NCBI RefSeq assembly: GCF_009914755.1
Contig: NC_060932.1
Strand: one strand, 5' to 3'
From: the human T2T-CHM13v2.0 reference genome, Homo sapiens
Length of the DNA stretch: 64,000 nucleotides
Below the pieces are notes generated by a model that searched no databases, was not told the DNA's origin, and saw only the letters and a list, made by a program, of their open reading frames with translations. Made by a program: the position numbers and the translations under genes. Positions 45,225-57,623 of this stretch are shown here, piece by piece (position 1 is the stretch's first letter; every line of letters begins with the position of its first letter).

Positions 45225-45460
45225 ACATATAGCATAGCGGCTAAGAGCATGCACCGTTGTCTGCATTGCTGGCTTTGAATCCTGATTTGGCCACAGTGTG
45301 ACTTTGGGTATCTTAGGGAGCCTCTCTGAGTCTCAGGTTCTTCAACTGTATAATGTAGATAACAATAGCACCTACCTCATAGGGTCGCTAGGGGATTAAT
45401 TGAGTTTATGTCTATAAAGTGCTTGGAAAAGTGCAGGCACAGAGTAAATTCTTGTTATTA
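45225..45460 (-). mobile_element. MIR
   Basis: gtgtgactttggg...cctctctgagtctcaggttcttcaactgtataatg...acctacctcatagggt. Confidence 0.8.
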
Positions 45461-46425
45461 TTACCAATTCAGTTATTCATTCCACAAACTTCAACCGAAA
45501 CATCTGTTAAGAGGCTGGCATTACCAAGGTGCGGGGAAGATGTCTGCCTTTTAGGAAACCACAGCTCAGTGGGGAAAATTTTGAGATAAATATATCCAAG
45601 AGGATCACAGACTTAAAGAGAAAGGGGGAATTTTAAAAAGTGATGAACTGTGCTGTTATTTTCCCCACTTATCTATTTCCTTAAATCCATAGAAAAGAAC
45701 TGATTTAACGTTTACATTAACAAGAAGTTTATAACATTAGCAGGTGTGAGTCACAGAAACGTGGTTGGGAAATTTTAAAAACAAATATAATACCCTACTA
45801 TGTGTGCATCAGCACTCTTTAGTGAGTATTTTAGTTAAGTAGAAATTTAAGAACTCTGTGAGAACTTTTCTACCTCATTACAGTAGTCAGGACAAAATAG
45901 TTTCTTAAATCCATGATCCACACTTCTCCTGCATTAGATTAGATTTCTGCACAGCCTGCAGACAAGAAGATGGGCACCAGCCATTTATTGGGCACTGGTG
46001 AATTTGTTATGGTTGTTAATAACTCTTTAAGGTTTCCTACTTTGATAAAACACATCTAAAAAATTATGTCTTAATTCTATAATAGAAATGTCTATGGAAT
46101 CCATTGAAAGAGATTTTGAACTTCCCTGCAGAAAACAAATCAAAGTGCTTCAAGCCAATGGAGGGTCAATACGAGAAGTATAGTCATGCCAGCAGAATTA
46201 TAAGTCGTTTTATACTCAGTGAGGTCAAAGTAATAGCTTGTTACATGTAACTTTCCAAAGTAAACATACCTCTCCAAAGAAACTAGGATCAATCAACACT
46301 TTTCTTGTGGGTACGTATTTGTGTATATATTCACATTATTAATAAAATTAAACTGCAAACTGTGCACTGGAAACTCAAAAGAGGTAAAAATTTGAAGACA
46401 TCTAAGAGATGATCAGATAAGATTC

Positions 46426-46744
46426 TTTGTTTTTTTTTTTTTTTTTTTTTTTTTTTTTGGAGACAGAGTCTCATTCTATTGCCCAGGCTGGAGTGCAGTA
46501 GGGCGATCTTGGCTCACTGCACCCTCCATCACCTCCCAGGTTCAAGCAATTCTCATGCCTCAGCCTCCCGAGTAGCTGGGATCATAGGCATGCACCACCA
46601 CGCCCAGCTAATTTTTGTATTTTTAGTAGAGACAGAGTTACACCATGTTGGCCAGGCTGGTCTCGAGCTCTTGGCCTCAAGTGATTCGCTCACCTCGGCC
46701 TCCCAAAGTGCTGTAATTACAGTCGTGAGCCACCATGCCCAGCC
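46426..46744 (-). mobile_element. AluS
   Basis: Dimeric Alu with long poly-T. Confidence 0.95.
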
Positions 46745-47010
46745 AGATTTTGAACTAAATGGAAGATCTTTAGTGGCTTTCTTGATAAAATGGATACAAA
46801 AGGGCCCTTTCATAAATTGTCTTTCTTCTGAGAAGATTGAAAATAACATATTAATTTTTCTACTGATAAGAGGTCAATGGCATTGCAAGCACTGAAATGC
46901 AAAGCTGTCTTATTGGCCCATACTGGCAGTTCACAGCCACCTCTTCATGCTGCTGATAGCCATTCTTTCCAAGAAATAATGGGAGGAGCAAAATGTGCAT
47001 AAGTCATTTT

Positions 47011-47500
47011 AGAAGGAGAAATAAAAGTCCATCAAATATTATGAAAAGTCCTGGACATGGATAGACCTGAGATTAGCTGAATGTCTGTATGAGTTGTTTC
47101 ATCTACCAAATAAACAGATTGATTCAAAACTATTTCTTGAGCACCTACTCTGTGCAAGATATCACATGGCATGCGGGGTGACAAAAAACGAAACGGGAGG
47201 TTTCTGCTTTCAAGGAGCTCTTAGCCTGATATAGCATAAAATTCAAGAACAGAAATACATCACAGAAAACATGAAATGCCATAATAAATATACCAACAAA
47301 GTGCCACTTTCAGCTGCAGAGACCTGGGAAGACCACTTCAAATGTGGGAGGAAACATTTGAATCAGAACATATTAAAAGAGAAATTGTCATCTACGTGTG
47401 TTGCTTAAAATATAATTGAGAGGAAAAGAAACTATGTTCTATTGGTTCTGGTAATACAGTAGATTTGTCTCACCTAATTAGCAATAGCAAAAATACCAAC
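47011..47500 (+). repeat. Copy 2 of the 490-bp direct duplication
   Basis: Matches 43914-44403 at an offset of ~3096 bp. Confidence 0.97.
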
Positions 47501-47768
47501 AGAAAATGAAGAAATATTTGGAAAATTATCTGTATTTTAAAAATCCTGTGAGTTCAAGATCTTTGGCATTGAAGAATAGATTACTTATATTTTTCATGAA
47601 TTCCTTGATACCTGAAAGCTAATGTGTTTTCTTTCAACAGCCCAGTCAACCACAGCCAACTTTTCACGGATTAGTTTACATTAAGTTTTAGAAACACTGA
47701 GAAGTTATGTGTGGGCATACCCTAAATTCTTTCCTCATAAAGAAGCAGGCAAGCAGAGGCCTTCATAC

Positions 47769-47771
<3 letters not shown>

Positions 47772-47812
<41 letters not shown>
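47772..47812. repeat. Pure A41 run with no attached retroelement body
   Basis: Direct read. Confidence 0.9.
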
Positions 47813-47814
<2 letters not shown>

Positions 47815-49261
47815 GAAGCAAGTATTTATAAGCCATTAGTGTAAAAATAATGAAATTCACTTTCTGAGAATGAAAGAGAATAAATAATTTGGAATGTTGG
47901 TCAAGGCCCAGGCTGGCTAGATAAAGAAAATTTTCACGTCTTGCTAAACCCCATAAAACAGCTGGGGGTCTTTGCTGTTACAAGAAGAGCTTCCTTTAGA
48001 ATAGAAAGATAAGACTCTACATTTGGCTTTGGGAATGTCATGCAAATAGAGCAAAACATTTGCTGATTTTTACAATAATACCAGGCATTGGGAGTACTGC
48101 GCTGAATGAAACAAAGTTATGTTTTTAAGGTGTTCACAGCCTAGTGGGAGAGACAGCAATAAAACCAATCAGATCCATACTAAAATGAAGACACAAAACA
48201 GAGCAGAGTCTTTCCAAAGAGAAGTCTGAAATAGAGCAGTCCTGTTTTAATTTTTTCAGCAAATCTCTTTGGATTTGCATATCTTGGAGCGTGGCTCAGA
48301 GTGGATATATCACATTAATCATTCTCTGGATCCAAGCAATGATGATCAGACTGGGAACAGTGGAAGTGTCTTTCCATTTTAGTTTTTTTTTGTTGTTGTT
48401 GTTGTTGTTATTCATTTGCATTTCCTTTCTCAGGGATGAAAAGCAGCCAAGAAAATTAATACCAAAATGCATCAAGTCTGGGCTTTGTTATTTAGTATGT
48501 TTACAAGGAGCTTGGAATAAAATTATGAAAATTCTGATTTTTCCCTTACGCATTTGTCACAAAGAAGTGTTTCATTTCTATTTTCTGTCTTATGACCACA
48601 ACACAAAGTTTGGAGAGACCGTGACTCTGGTATATGCTTCTGAAAGCTATCCTTCACAAGAATTTCAGGCTATAATTATTCATTATCTTGATTTTTAACA
48701 TTTTATGGCCAACCAAATAAGCTCCAGGCAGGAGAATAAACATTCTGAGAAAAATGACCAAGGAAAGCAACCAAAGTCAGGCTCTAAGTCATCTTCTTCA
48801 ATGGCCCCCTTTACACGTTTCTGTGGCACAGATCCCCAAATAGTACCATTAATTCATGACCTGGCTGACATATTTGGCCGTTGGGTTGAGTAGTAGGAGT
48901 AATGGAGAAGGTTAAATAAAAAGCTTTAGAATCGTGTTAACTCTAAGTCAGTAAGATTATAGCCAGAGCATTTTTATAATTACAATTTCTTGATTAACAC
49001 CTGTTTTACAGAACATCTATATTTTAATAGCTATTTTAATTGCAGGACACACAAAGACAATATTCTTAACCTAGAAAAGTTCATGATCTAGAGAAGACAC
49101 ACAGCTAAGCAAGATAATAAAACTGTAACAGAAAAGACGTAGCTTTTTAGGAGCACAGAATAAGCTCTAAGATTAGTTCTGCCTGGGAAATAAGTCATTA
49201 AAGAAGTGATATTATTGTTGGATCCAATGAAGCAAGTAGGATTTTCAAGACAGGGGATAAA

Positions 49262-49390
49262 AATAACCTGTTAGGCACTATGCTCACTACTTGAGTGACG
49301 GGGAAAGCTGGACCCCAAACATCTGCATCAAGCAATATACCCATGCAACAAATCTGCACTTGTACCCCCTGAATAAAAAAAAAGTTGAAA
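49262..49390 (+). mobile_element. L1PA16/L1PB-like extreme 3' end
   Basis: tatgctcactacttgagtgacggg...caatatacccatgcaacaaatctgcacttgtaccccctgaat. Confidence 0.7.
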
Positions 49391-49636
49391 CTATTTTTTT
49401 AAGCCATTTTTGGCTAATGATAATGCTTTGTTTTGCATGGGCTGCTATGTAGCCTGACAAAATTTGTGAAGTGTTCTTTGATTTAATTTTAGAATGACGG
49501 ATTTCATGTTACTCCATATTAATAGTTCTCAAATATTCTCAAAGTGATATTTTAGTGACTAAAATGCAGTGTTACTTTTCCAAGAGAGAACACATTATAA
49601 GTCATAAGGCTAGTATATTTCTTCTCCATGGGATTA

Positions 49637-49984
<348 letters not shown>

Positions 49985-50377
49985 GCTCCTCATCTTTTTT
50001 TTTTTTTTTTTTTCTGGTTAAGCCATCTTTCACTTTGCCTCTCTCTATCTCCGCCTATCATCTGGTGCCAGTTGCATGCCACAGACCTAGGCAGAAGATG
50101 AAAGCAGAGAGCTACGAGGGATTCTATGGTAGTTAAAGTTTGAGCAACCAACAAACAAAATGAAGAAATAGAAAAAATAGAAAATATCAGAAGTATATCA
50201 GTGAGGCTCCTTGCGGGAAACAAATGCACGTTAGGCACATTGAGGGGAGTTTAATAACAGGACCATTTATAATGGGAAACCCCAGGGCCAGAGGAGAGAA
50301 TTGCTGTCACAATTTGGAAGCTTAGTGCAAATGGCAGCCTAAGTAAGAGAAGTCAACAGTGACTCCCAGAAGCTGGA

Positions 50378-50985
50378 GAAGACACAGTGGCGATTCCTCA
50401 GAGATTTTGAACCAGAAATGCCACAGAGTCAGCAATCGCATTACTGGGTATATATTCAAAGGAGTATAAATCATTCTATTATAAAGATACATGCACACAT
50501 ATGTTCATTGCAGCACTATTCACAATAGCAAAGACATGGAATCAACCCAAATGCCCATCAGTGATAGGCTGGATAAAGAAAATGTGGTACATATACACCA
50601 TGGAATACAACGCAGCCAAAAAAAGGAAGGAGATCACGTTCTTTGCAGGGACATGGATGAAGCTGAAAGCCATCATCTTCAGCAAACTAAAGCAGGAACA
50701 GAAAACCAAACCCCTCATATTCTCACTTATAAGTAGGAGCTGAACAATGAGAACACATGGACACAGGGAGGGAACAACAGTCACTGGGCCTTTTTTGGGG
50801 AGGATGGTGTGGGGAGAACATTAGAGAAAAGAGATAATGGATGCTAGGCTTAATACTTAGGTGATGGGTTGATAGGTGCAGCAAACCACCATGACACACG
50901 TTTACCTACGTAACAAATTTGCACATCCTGCACATGTATCGCAGAACATCATAAAATAAAGTAAATCTACATTGAACTTAAAAAC
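50378..50985 (+). mobile_element. 5'-truncated L1PA (approx. L1PA10-13) 3' end
   Basis: ORF2 C-terminal remnant MFIAALFTIAKTWNQPKCPS plus L1 3'UTR. Confidence 0.9.
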
Positions 50986-52169
50986 AAACTCTCCAACCTC
51001 ATTGTCCCACCATCCCCCTCCCCCAGTCTCCTGCTAGAGCTTCTCGTCCTCTTCGTGGCTGAATGAGGAAGACAGAAAGGAGGGAAGTCCTTTGATTTAG
51101 TTCACATTGGTCGGCCTCCCAGGGCACAGAGGCAGGGAGAAGTAGGGCAGAGGGTGGATCTGAGGGGCAACACAGACATGTATCCGGTCCAGTGAATGAT
51201 ACTGCGTCTGAATAACAAATGGCCATGTATGGACAGGTCACTCCTGAATGGACAAATGGCCAGCCAGGACAGTTTAATTTTACTCTGTGGCTAATAGAGA
51301 GTCAGATAAAATGTTGGCACAGGAACTGACATGATCAGGTTATATATTTTCAAAGATAACTCTGGTGACAGTGCAGATAATAGACTGGTGTAATGATTGG
51401 TTAAGTCAGGGAAACCAGTTCTGGATGCTTTTGTGAAAGTCCAGTGGAAAGTGAAGGCCTGCATGGAAGCAGTGGCCAGAGGAATGGACAAGGGTGATGA
51501 GAGGGCGGTGCTGACAGCACGGTGTGTAGAAGGTGGAGGAGCCTGGGAGCGGCAGGAGAACCCAGGCGCCTAGCTGGCTTGCTTGGTAGATAGGATCTGA
51601 TGACCTCAGGGACTGTGGATACAGGAGGATAATGGAATCACGGGAAAATGGGACACAGCATAAACATTTCTCTGAAACTAATATTTTTTTGAAAATCAAA
51701 TGTTACCTGTTTCCAAGAGAGAATTTCAGTCTAATAGACAAAAAAAAAAAAATCTCTAAAGGGAGGTTAAAATGTGATCACCTCTGTCTATATTGTGACA
51801 ATCTTTGAATTAATTCATTGAGAAGAATCATGGAGAAAGTGATCTTTCTTCTTCCACATGGACAGCTGTTCAGCTGTTAGTACCACGAGGAAGCATTTTA
51901 GGACTTGTGGAACACACAAGGACATCAGTGATGCAGCGAGTGTCCATTTGTCCTGTAAGCACCAACCAATTATCATAAAAGACAGCTACCATTTTTTGGG
52001 ACTTAGTTTGTACCAAGCATTGTTGCCTTACATCAACAACATGGCAGATTCTTGATTTGTGTTCTGGAAATGAGGGAGATGAGGAAGTTAAGTGACTTGC
52101 TCAAGGCCATACAGATAGGAAGCAGACGTGCTTGAGGGTATTCCAATGGGACGGGTTCACTCTTTAGAG

Positions 52170-52490
52170 CAGGGATCCCCAACCCCCAAGCCCTGGACCA
52201 GTACCGGTCTGTGATCTGTTAGGAACCAGGCTGCACAGCAGGAGATGGGCGGTGGGCAAGCGAACATTACCGTCTGAGCTCTGGCTCTTGTGAGATCAGC
52301 GGCAGCATTAGATTCTCAGAGAAGCATGAACCCTGTTGTGAACTGCACATGTGAGGGTTCTAGGCAGTGCACTCCTTATGATGATCTGAGGTCTGAGGTG
52401 GAACAATTTCATCCTGAAACCCTCCCCTACCCAACTCCGTGGAAAAATTGTTTTCCATGAAACTGGTTCCTGGTGCCAAAAAGGTTGAGG
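52170..52490 (+). mobile_element. MER1B hAT-Charlie DNA transposon
   Basis: caggg.tccccaacccc...ctgttaggaacc...agatcagcggcagcattagattctca...tggtgccaaaaaggttg. Confidence 0.88.
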
Positions 52491-54017
52491 CATACAGACT
52501 CCAGCGACATGATGGAAGTTATATGAAAATGATATTTATTGGATACAATTATACATATCGATACTTGTGTGATCAGTTCTGATTATTTAAAAAAGAAGTT
52601 GGTTGGATTCTGTCTCAGATCCTAAGAAGGCACATTCTCATCCAGAGTTTCCTGAAGACAGTACTTTGATTTGATTCCTTGCCTGGGAAGCTTTTTGAAT
52701 AAGCAGAGTTAAGAAATTCTCAATTGAGAAGAGGAGAAGGAGGGATGCCTGCCTGATGGGATATCCTCCAACTAGAGTTTGAGTTCCTATGGGGCAGAGG
52801 CCATGCCTTATTCATAACTGCTTCCTCAGTAGAACCTAATAGAATGCCTAGAACATGCTGCTGTTCAGTAAGTATTTGTGAAATGACTGAATCCATAAAA
52901 GGCTGTTTCAAAGGCTGTTTCAAACTTGCCTCCCTTTGAAGATTTCTGTCATCACAGGGCAGGAGACAAGCAGCAGAAATGATCCCACTGAGCTGTATTA
53001 TCATAGCAACGTGGATCAGAATAGAAGATAGCTACTTACAGCACACACAGAGCAATCACACAACTGTAATTGAAGGATGATTAATGGAATGTGCCCCAAA
53101 TGATTTCATTTAGAGCTTCACAAAGCCTGGTAGAGTTGGTTCCAGTTAGCTTGGATGAGAGGTCACACAGATTAAAAATAGACTTTCTTAATAAAGAACA
53201 ATAGGCTACATTCATTTAGAAAGATACAAAAAAAAAAAAAAAAATGACAGGCCTTAGGGGCGGGTATGAAGCTTAATCCTATTTAAGAGCTCAATTAACC
53301 CCGAGAAGATTGAGTGGGTCTCCTGCCTTCATGGCCATTCCTCTGTCTAGCGGAAGCTTACAGAGATTCATAAAGACATGAAAGAAACAAGATTTATATT
53401 TGTATATAGAACACTCAAAATATTTTTAATGTTTCAAATAATAAAGTTTAGAAATACAAGAATTAGATTGCTTAGACTGTTATGGTACTTAAAACTTTTG
53501 AAATAAATCACATTCTCTTTTGAATTGTCATATTTGTTACCGTGATTCATAAAATATTCAGACACGAACATTTGTCTTGACAGGTAAATTCACTGCCTTG
53601 AAAAAAAATCCTTTATTTCTTAAATGATCAAATGAAATTACATTTTCTCCTAAATATATCAGCATATCCTCCAGAAATCTAAATAGAAATTCATTCTGGA
53701 GTAAATTCCAATCATTCTAATATTTTCATAAAGAGCAGAAGTCAGATTTTGCTCAAATCAGTCCATCCTGAGTTGCTAGGTATCTGAGATGGGGCATCCT
53801 GGGGCCTGTGGAGATCACATATGTCATCTTATGGAACCTCTGAAAATTTAATCTCTCGATTCTTTTATGTGTGCCTCAGCCATATAGAAATGACTCAGAA
53901 AGATTATGTAAGGAGGGACAGTTGATTTCATTAAAAAAATTGTTGTTCTTAAGGAGGAAAATTTCCAGGATTATGACAAAAAGGTAGTGGTTACATTATA
54001 TTTATGTTCTCTAATTA

Positions 54018-54338
<321 letters not shown>

Positions 54339-54667
54339 AAAATATTTTCAAAATATTTGAGAAGCTTGACAGAATGAAGTGTTTCTCCCTGCCAAACTTA
54401 AGCCATTTAACTGGAAGAGGAGAAAGAGAACTCTCTGCCTTCCTGTCTCCGCCAGCCATGGCATTTCCATTCCTTCTTTCCCCTCCTGACCAGCCAACAA
54501 CTCACATCCTCATTTTCTTCTTGGGGTGTGAAAAAACTTGCTGACATTCTGGAATAGGATGACAACTTTGTTCTGTTATATACTTTGTTTAAATTGCAGT
54601 GAATTATGGGGACAGCTATGTAAGATACTGGAGATTTAAAACTTTAAATCCATTCAATATATGGTAA

Positions 54668-54746
54668 ATATATTGATGCAAAAATAATTGCAGTTTGGCC
54701 ATTGAAAGTAATGGCCAAAACCACAATTACTTTTGCACCAACCTGA
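54668..54746. mobile_element. MADE1 (Hsmar1-derived MITE), ~80-bp palindrome
   Basis: ttgatgcaaaaataattgcagtttggccatt-gaaagt-aatggccaaaaccacaattacttttgcaccaacct matches MADE1 inverted repeats. Confidence 0.9.
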
Positions 54747-55785
54747 TATTAATGCTTATGATATTAGTACATTGTTATGTTGTGTGATTTTTCTCTTGAG
54801 CTGACATATGATGCCAGTTCAATATTTTCCTTCTATTCTGAAGAGATACTTTTCAACATTATTAAAGTGAAGAAACGAGATACAGCCTAAACATGAGAGA
54901 AAAGTTTAGCTCACAGAAGGACACAAACTAGGAAAATTCTGTGTAAAAACTATCTAGCAGCAAAAATAAGGTCACTGACATAGACAGCAAACACCCCCGC
55001 CAGACAAACTCTACTGCTTTAGTGTAAAGGCACTTGAAATTTTAATATTTTCTCTAAGGTGAGACTATAAACTTTTAATATAGCTCTTAAAAATCACAAA
55101 TGTCTACAAACTAAGTGATGTACTTCAAGTTAGATAATATACCTTTAATCTGTTTTCGTTTTTATTACACAGAACACATAAGATAGTATGATTTTTTAAA
55201 AACACATAGATCTACCAATCCATGTCTAATTTTTCATATTTTCATTTCTCATCAGTCCTTGTCCATTTCCCATAATACTGTTAAATAATTATAATTAAAG
55301 CACAGAACACAGAAAAATACTATAATTTTTTTCTTCAATACAATTATTCACATTGCTTCATCACTATATTTTTGATAGTATGGCATCAGCTTTAAGCATC
55401 AATTACATCTTTTTCTGTGGCTACTAAGTCATTAAGAGTAAAAATAAACCTTGGTAATTATTAACAACTAATTTCCAAATTCATTCCCCAGAACCTTGAT
55501 CAACATTTAATTCTTTTGCTTAAGAAAAAAAAATTGTGGTTGCAGTTACAAGGAAGACCCCAAGAAACACATATCTTATTCTAACACAATGTCATTATGT
55601 CAGAAAACCACGTATATTTTTCTTACATATTGAGCAAAACAAATTTCTTTTACAGAATTTAAACAACATTTTCCCATATATTCATGAGATGTATACATTT
55701 TATATATTTAATAAAATGCCTATTTTAAGGTGAAATTTATTCTAAAATAGATTGGCGAGAAAACAGAACCAAAATGTCAACTTAC

Positions 55786-55819
55786 CAGCCTTTTCCTTCT
55801 CTGAAATACCTTGAATAGC
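55786..55819 (-). other. Candidate 34-nt internal exon of a minus-strand transcript
   Basis: Branch-like CCTAAT, polypyrimidine tract tttttgtgtcttttttttcAG acceptor, exon GCTATTCAAGGTATTTCAGAGAAGGAAAAGGCTG, donor CTG|GTAAGT; no stop in any frame. Confidence 0.65.
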
Positions 55820-56071
55820 CTGAAAAAAAAGACACAAAAATTGTGGTATTATTAGGAAGAAACATCAGAAAGCATCATTAGAAATAAAACGAAGTGTAAT
55901 TAATGACGCAAAAATTAAATAGAGAATGCCAATAGAAAAATTAGCATTTTGGAACTATCAGTAAAATCACTAGAGCTGTCTTTGATAACTGTAAATCATC
56001 TTCTAATTCTTTTCTTTTCTGAAGACAGACTCAAATGAATGCACATCCATATTATCTTTAACACTGGCAAT

Positions 56072-56372
56072 AGGCTGGGTGTGGTGGTTCACACCTGTAA
56101 TCCCAGAACTTTGGGAGGCAGAGACAGGCGGATCGTTGAGCCCAGGAGTTTGAGACCAGCCAGGACAACATGGTGAAACCCCATCTCTACAAAAAATACA
56201 AAAATTGGCTGGGCATGGTGGCATGCACCGGTAGTCCCAGCTACTTGGAAGGCTGAGGTAGGAGAATCACCTGAGCCCAGGGAGATCAAAGCTGCAGTGA
56301 GCTATGATCGTGCTACAGACTCCAGCCTGGGCAACACAGTCAGACCCCATCGCAAACAAGCAAACTAACAAC
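56072..56372 (+). mobile_element. AluJb-like
   Basis: Dimeric Alu; TSD aaca(c/t)tggcaata. Confidence 0.93.
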
Positions 56373-57059
56373 ATTGGCAATAAATGAATCTAAAAACACT
56401 TTGAATTGGGGTAGAATTTTTGTAGTTAACATTTTCTGGTCCTATTTTTGGGAGAGAGAAGCAAATTCGTTAGTTTCTGGGCATTTCAAATCTCTTCCCT
56501 GTTGCTTATTTTTTCTGTGCACACAAGTGAGGTATCTTACCTCTCAAGGCTCAGGTTCCTTCTTTATTAATCGCATCTAGATAATCACATCTACTTCAGA
56601 GGACTGCTGAAAGAACTAAAGGAAGCAGCCTCTATAAAGCGTACCAGATCTTCAGGGAAAAGCCACTCTTACTATTTATTAAAATGGGCCTTGGTCCAGT
56701 GGGTTAGTTGACTGATGTGAAAGATTTAGAAGCTCAATCCCCAGCATTTATCACTGTTATGATTTTTAAAAATAGGGTTCAGAATGAGATCTTTCCAAGA
56801 ACTTAAAGCTTAACTGTCTAGTTCTACTGTTTGTGGATACCACTAAACAAATGAAGCAAGTTGACTTTCTGGTTCTCATTCATCTCAGTTACTCACGTAT
56901 AAAATATAGTTGAGGATGTATTAACTGACCCATTGGGATTTGATGCCTTCCACCCCATAATCACTGACCACAGGATAGATCCAAAGGTGATATTTCTTCA
57001 TTTCTTCAGGGACAACATCCTCAGAGTTGAAGTAAGAAAAGCACACTCAAATGGGTATT

Positions 57060-57118
<59 letters not shown>
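57060..57118. repeat. Compound (TG)n(AG)n microsatellite
   Basis: Direct read. Confidence 0.95.
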
Positions 57119-57119
<1 letters not shown>

Positions 57120-57318
57120 GCCCAAGTGCAGCTCTGTTGTGGATCAGCCCAAGAAAAGAGCATCAATCTTCATTTCGAGAAATAGCAAATATCAAGACGT
57201 CTATATCCTTGTGAAATATTGGTTACTGCTGAGATCTTCACCTTTGGGATTTAGGGGATTTTGTGATTGATGCAATAATTCAGCTAAGGTAAAGATTTCC
57301 TTATGGATAAAAAGTAGA

Positions 57319-57623
57319 GGCTGGGCACCGTGGCTCACCCCTGTAATCCCAGCACTTTGGGAGGCCGAGGCGGGTGGATCACCTGAGGTCAGGAGATCGA
57401 GACCAGCCTGACTAGCATGGTGAAACCCCGCCTCTACTAAAAATACAAAAATTAGCCGGGCATAGTGGCAGGTGCCCGTAATCCCAGCTACTCAGGAGGC
57501 TGAGGCAGGAGAACCTCTTGAACCCGGGAGATAGAAGTTGCAGTGAGCCGAGACCACACCATTGCACTCCATCCAGGGTGACAGAGAGAGACTCTGTCAA
57601 AAAAAAAAAAAAAAAAAAAAAAA
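57319..57623 (+). mobile_element. AluS
   Basis: Dimeric Alu; TSD-like aaaa(a/g)gtaga. Confidence 0.95.

Noticed and set aside
50190-51180. Possible old MLT1 LTR split by the L1PA
   Set aside because: The resemblance is too degenerate to set a family or boundaries by eye.
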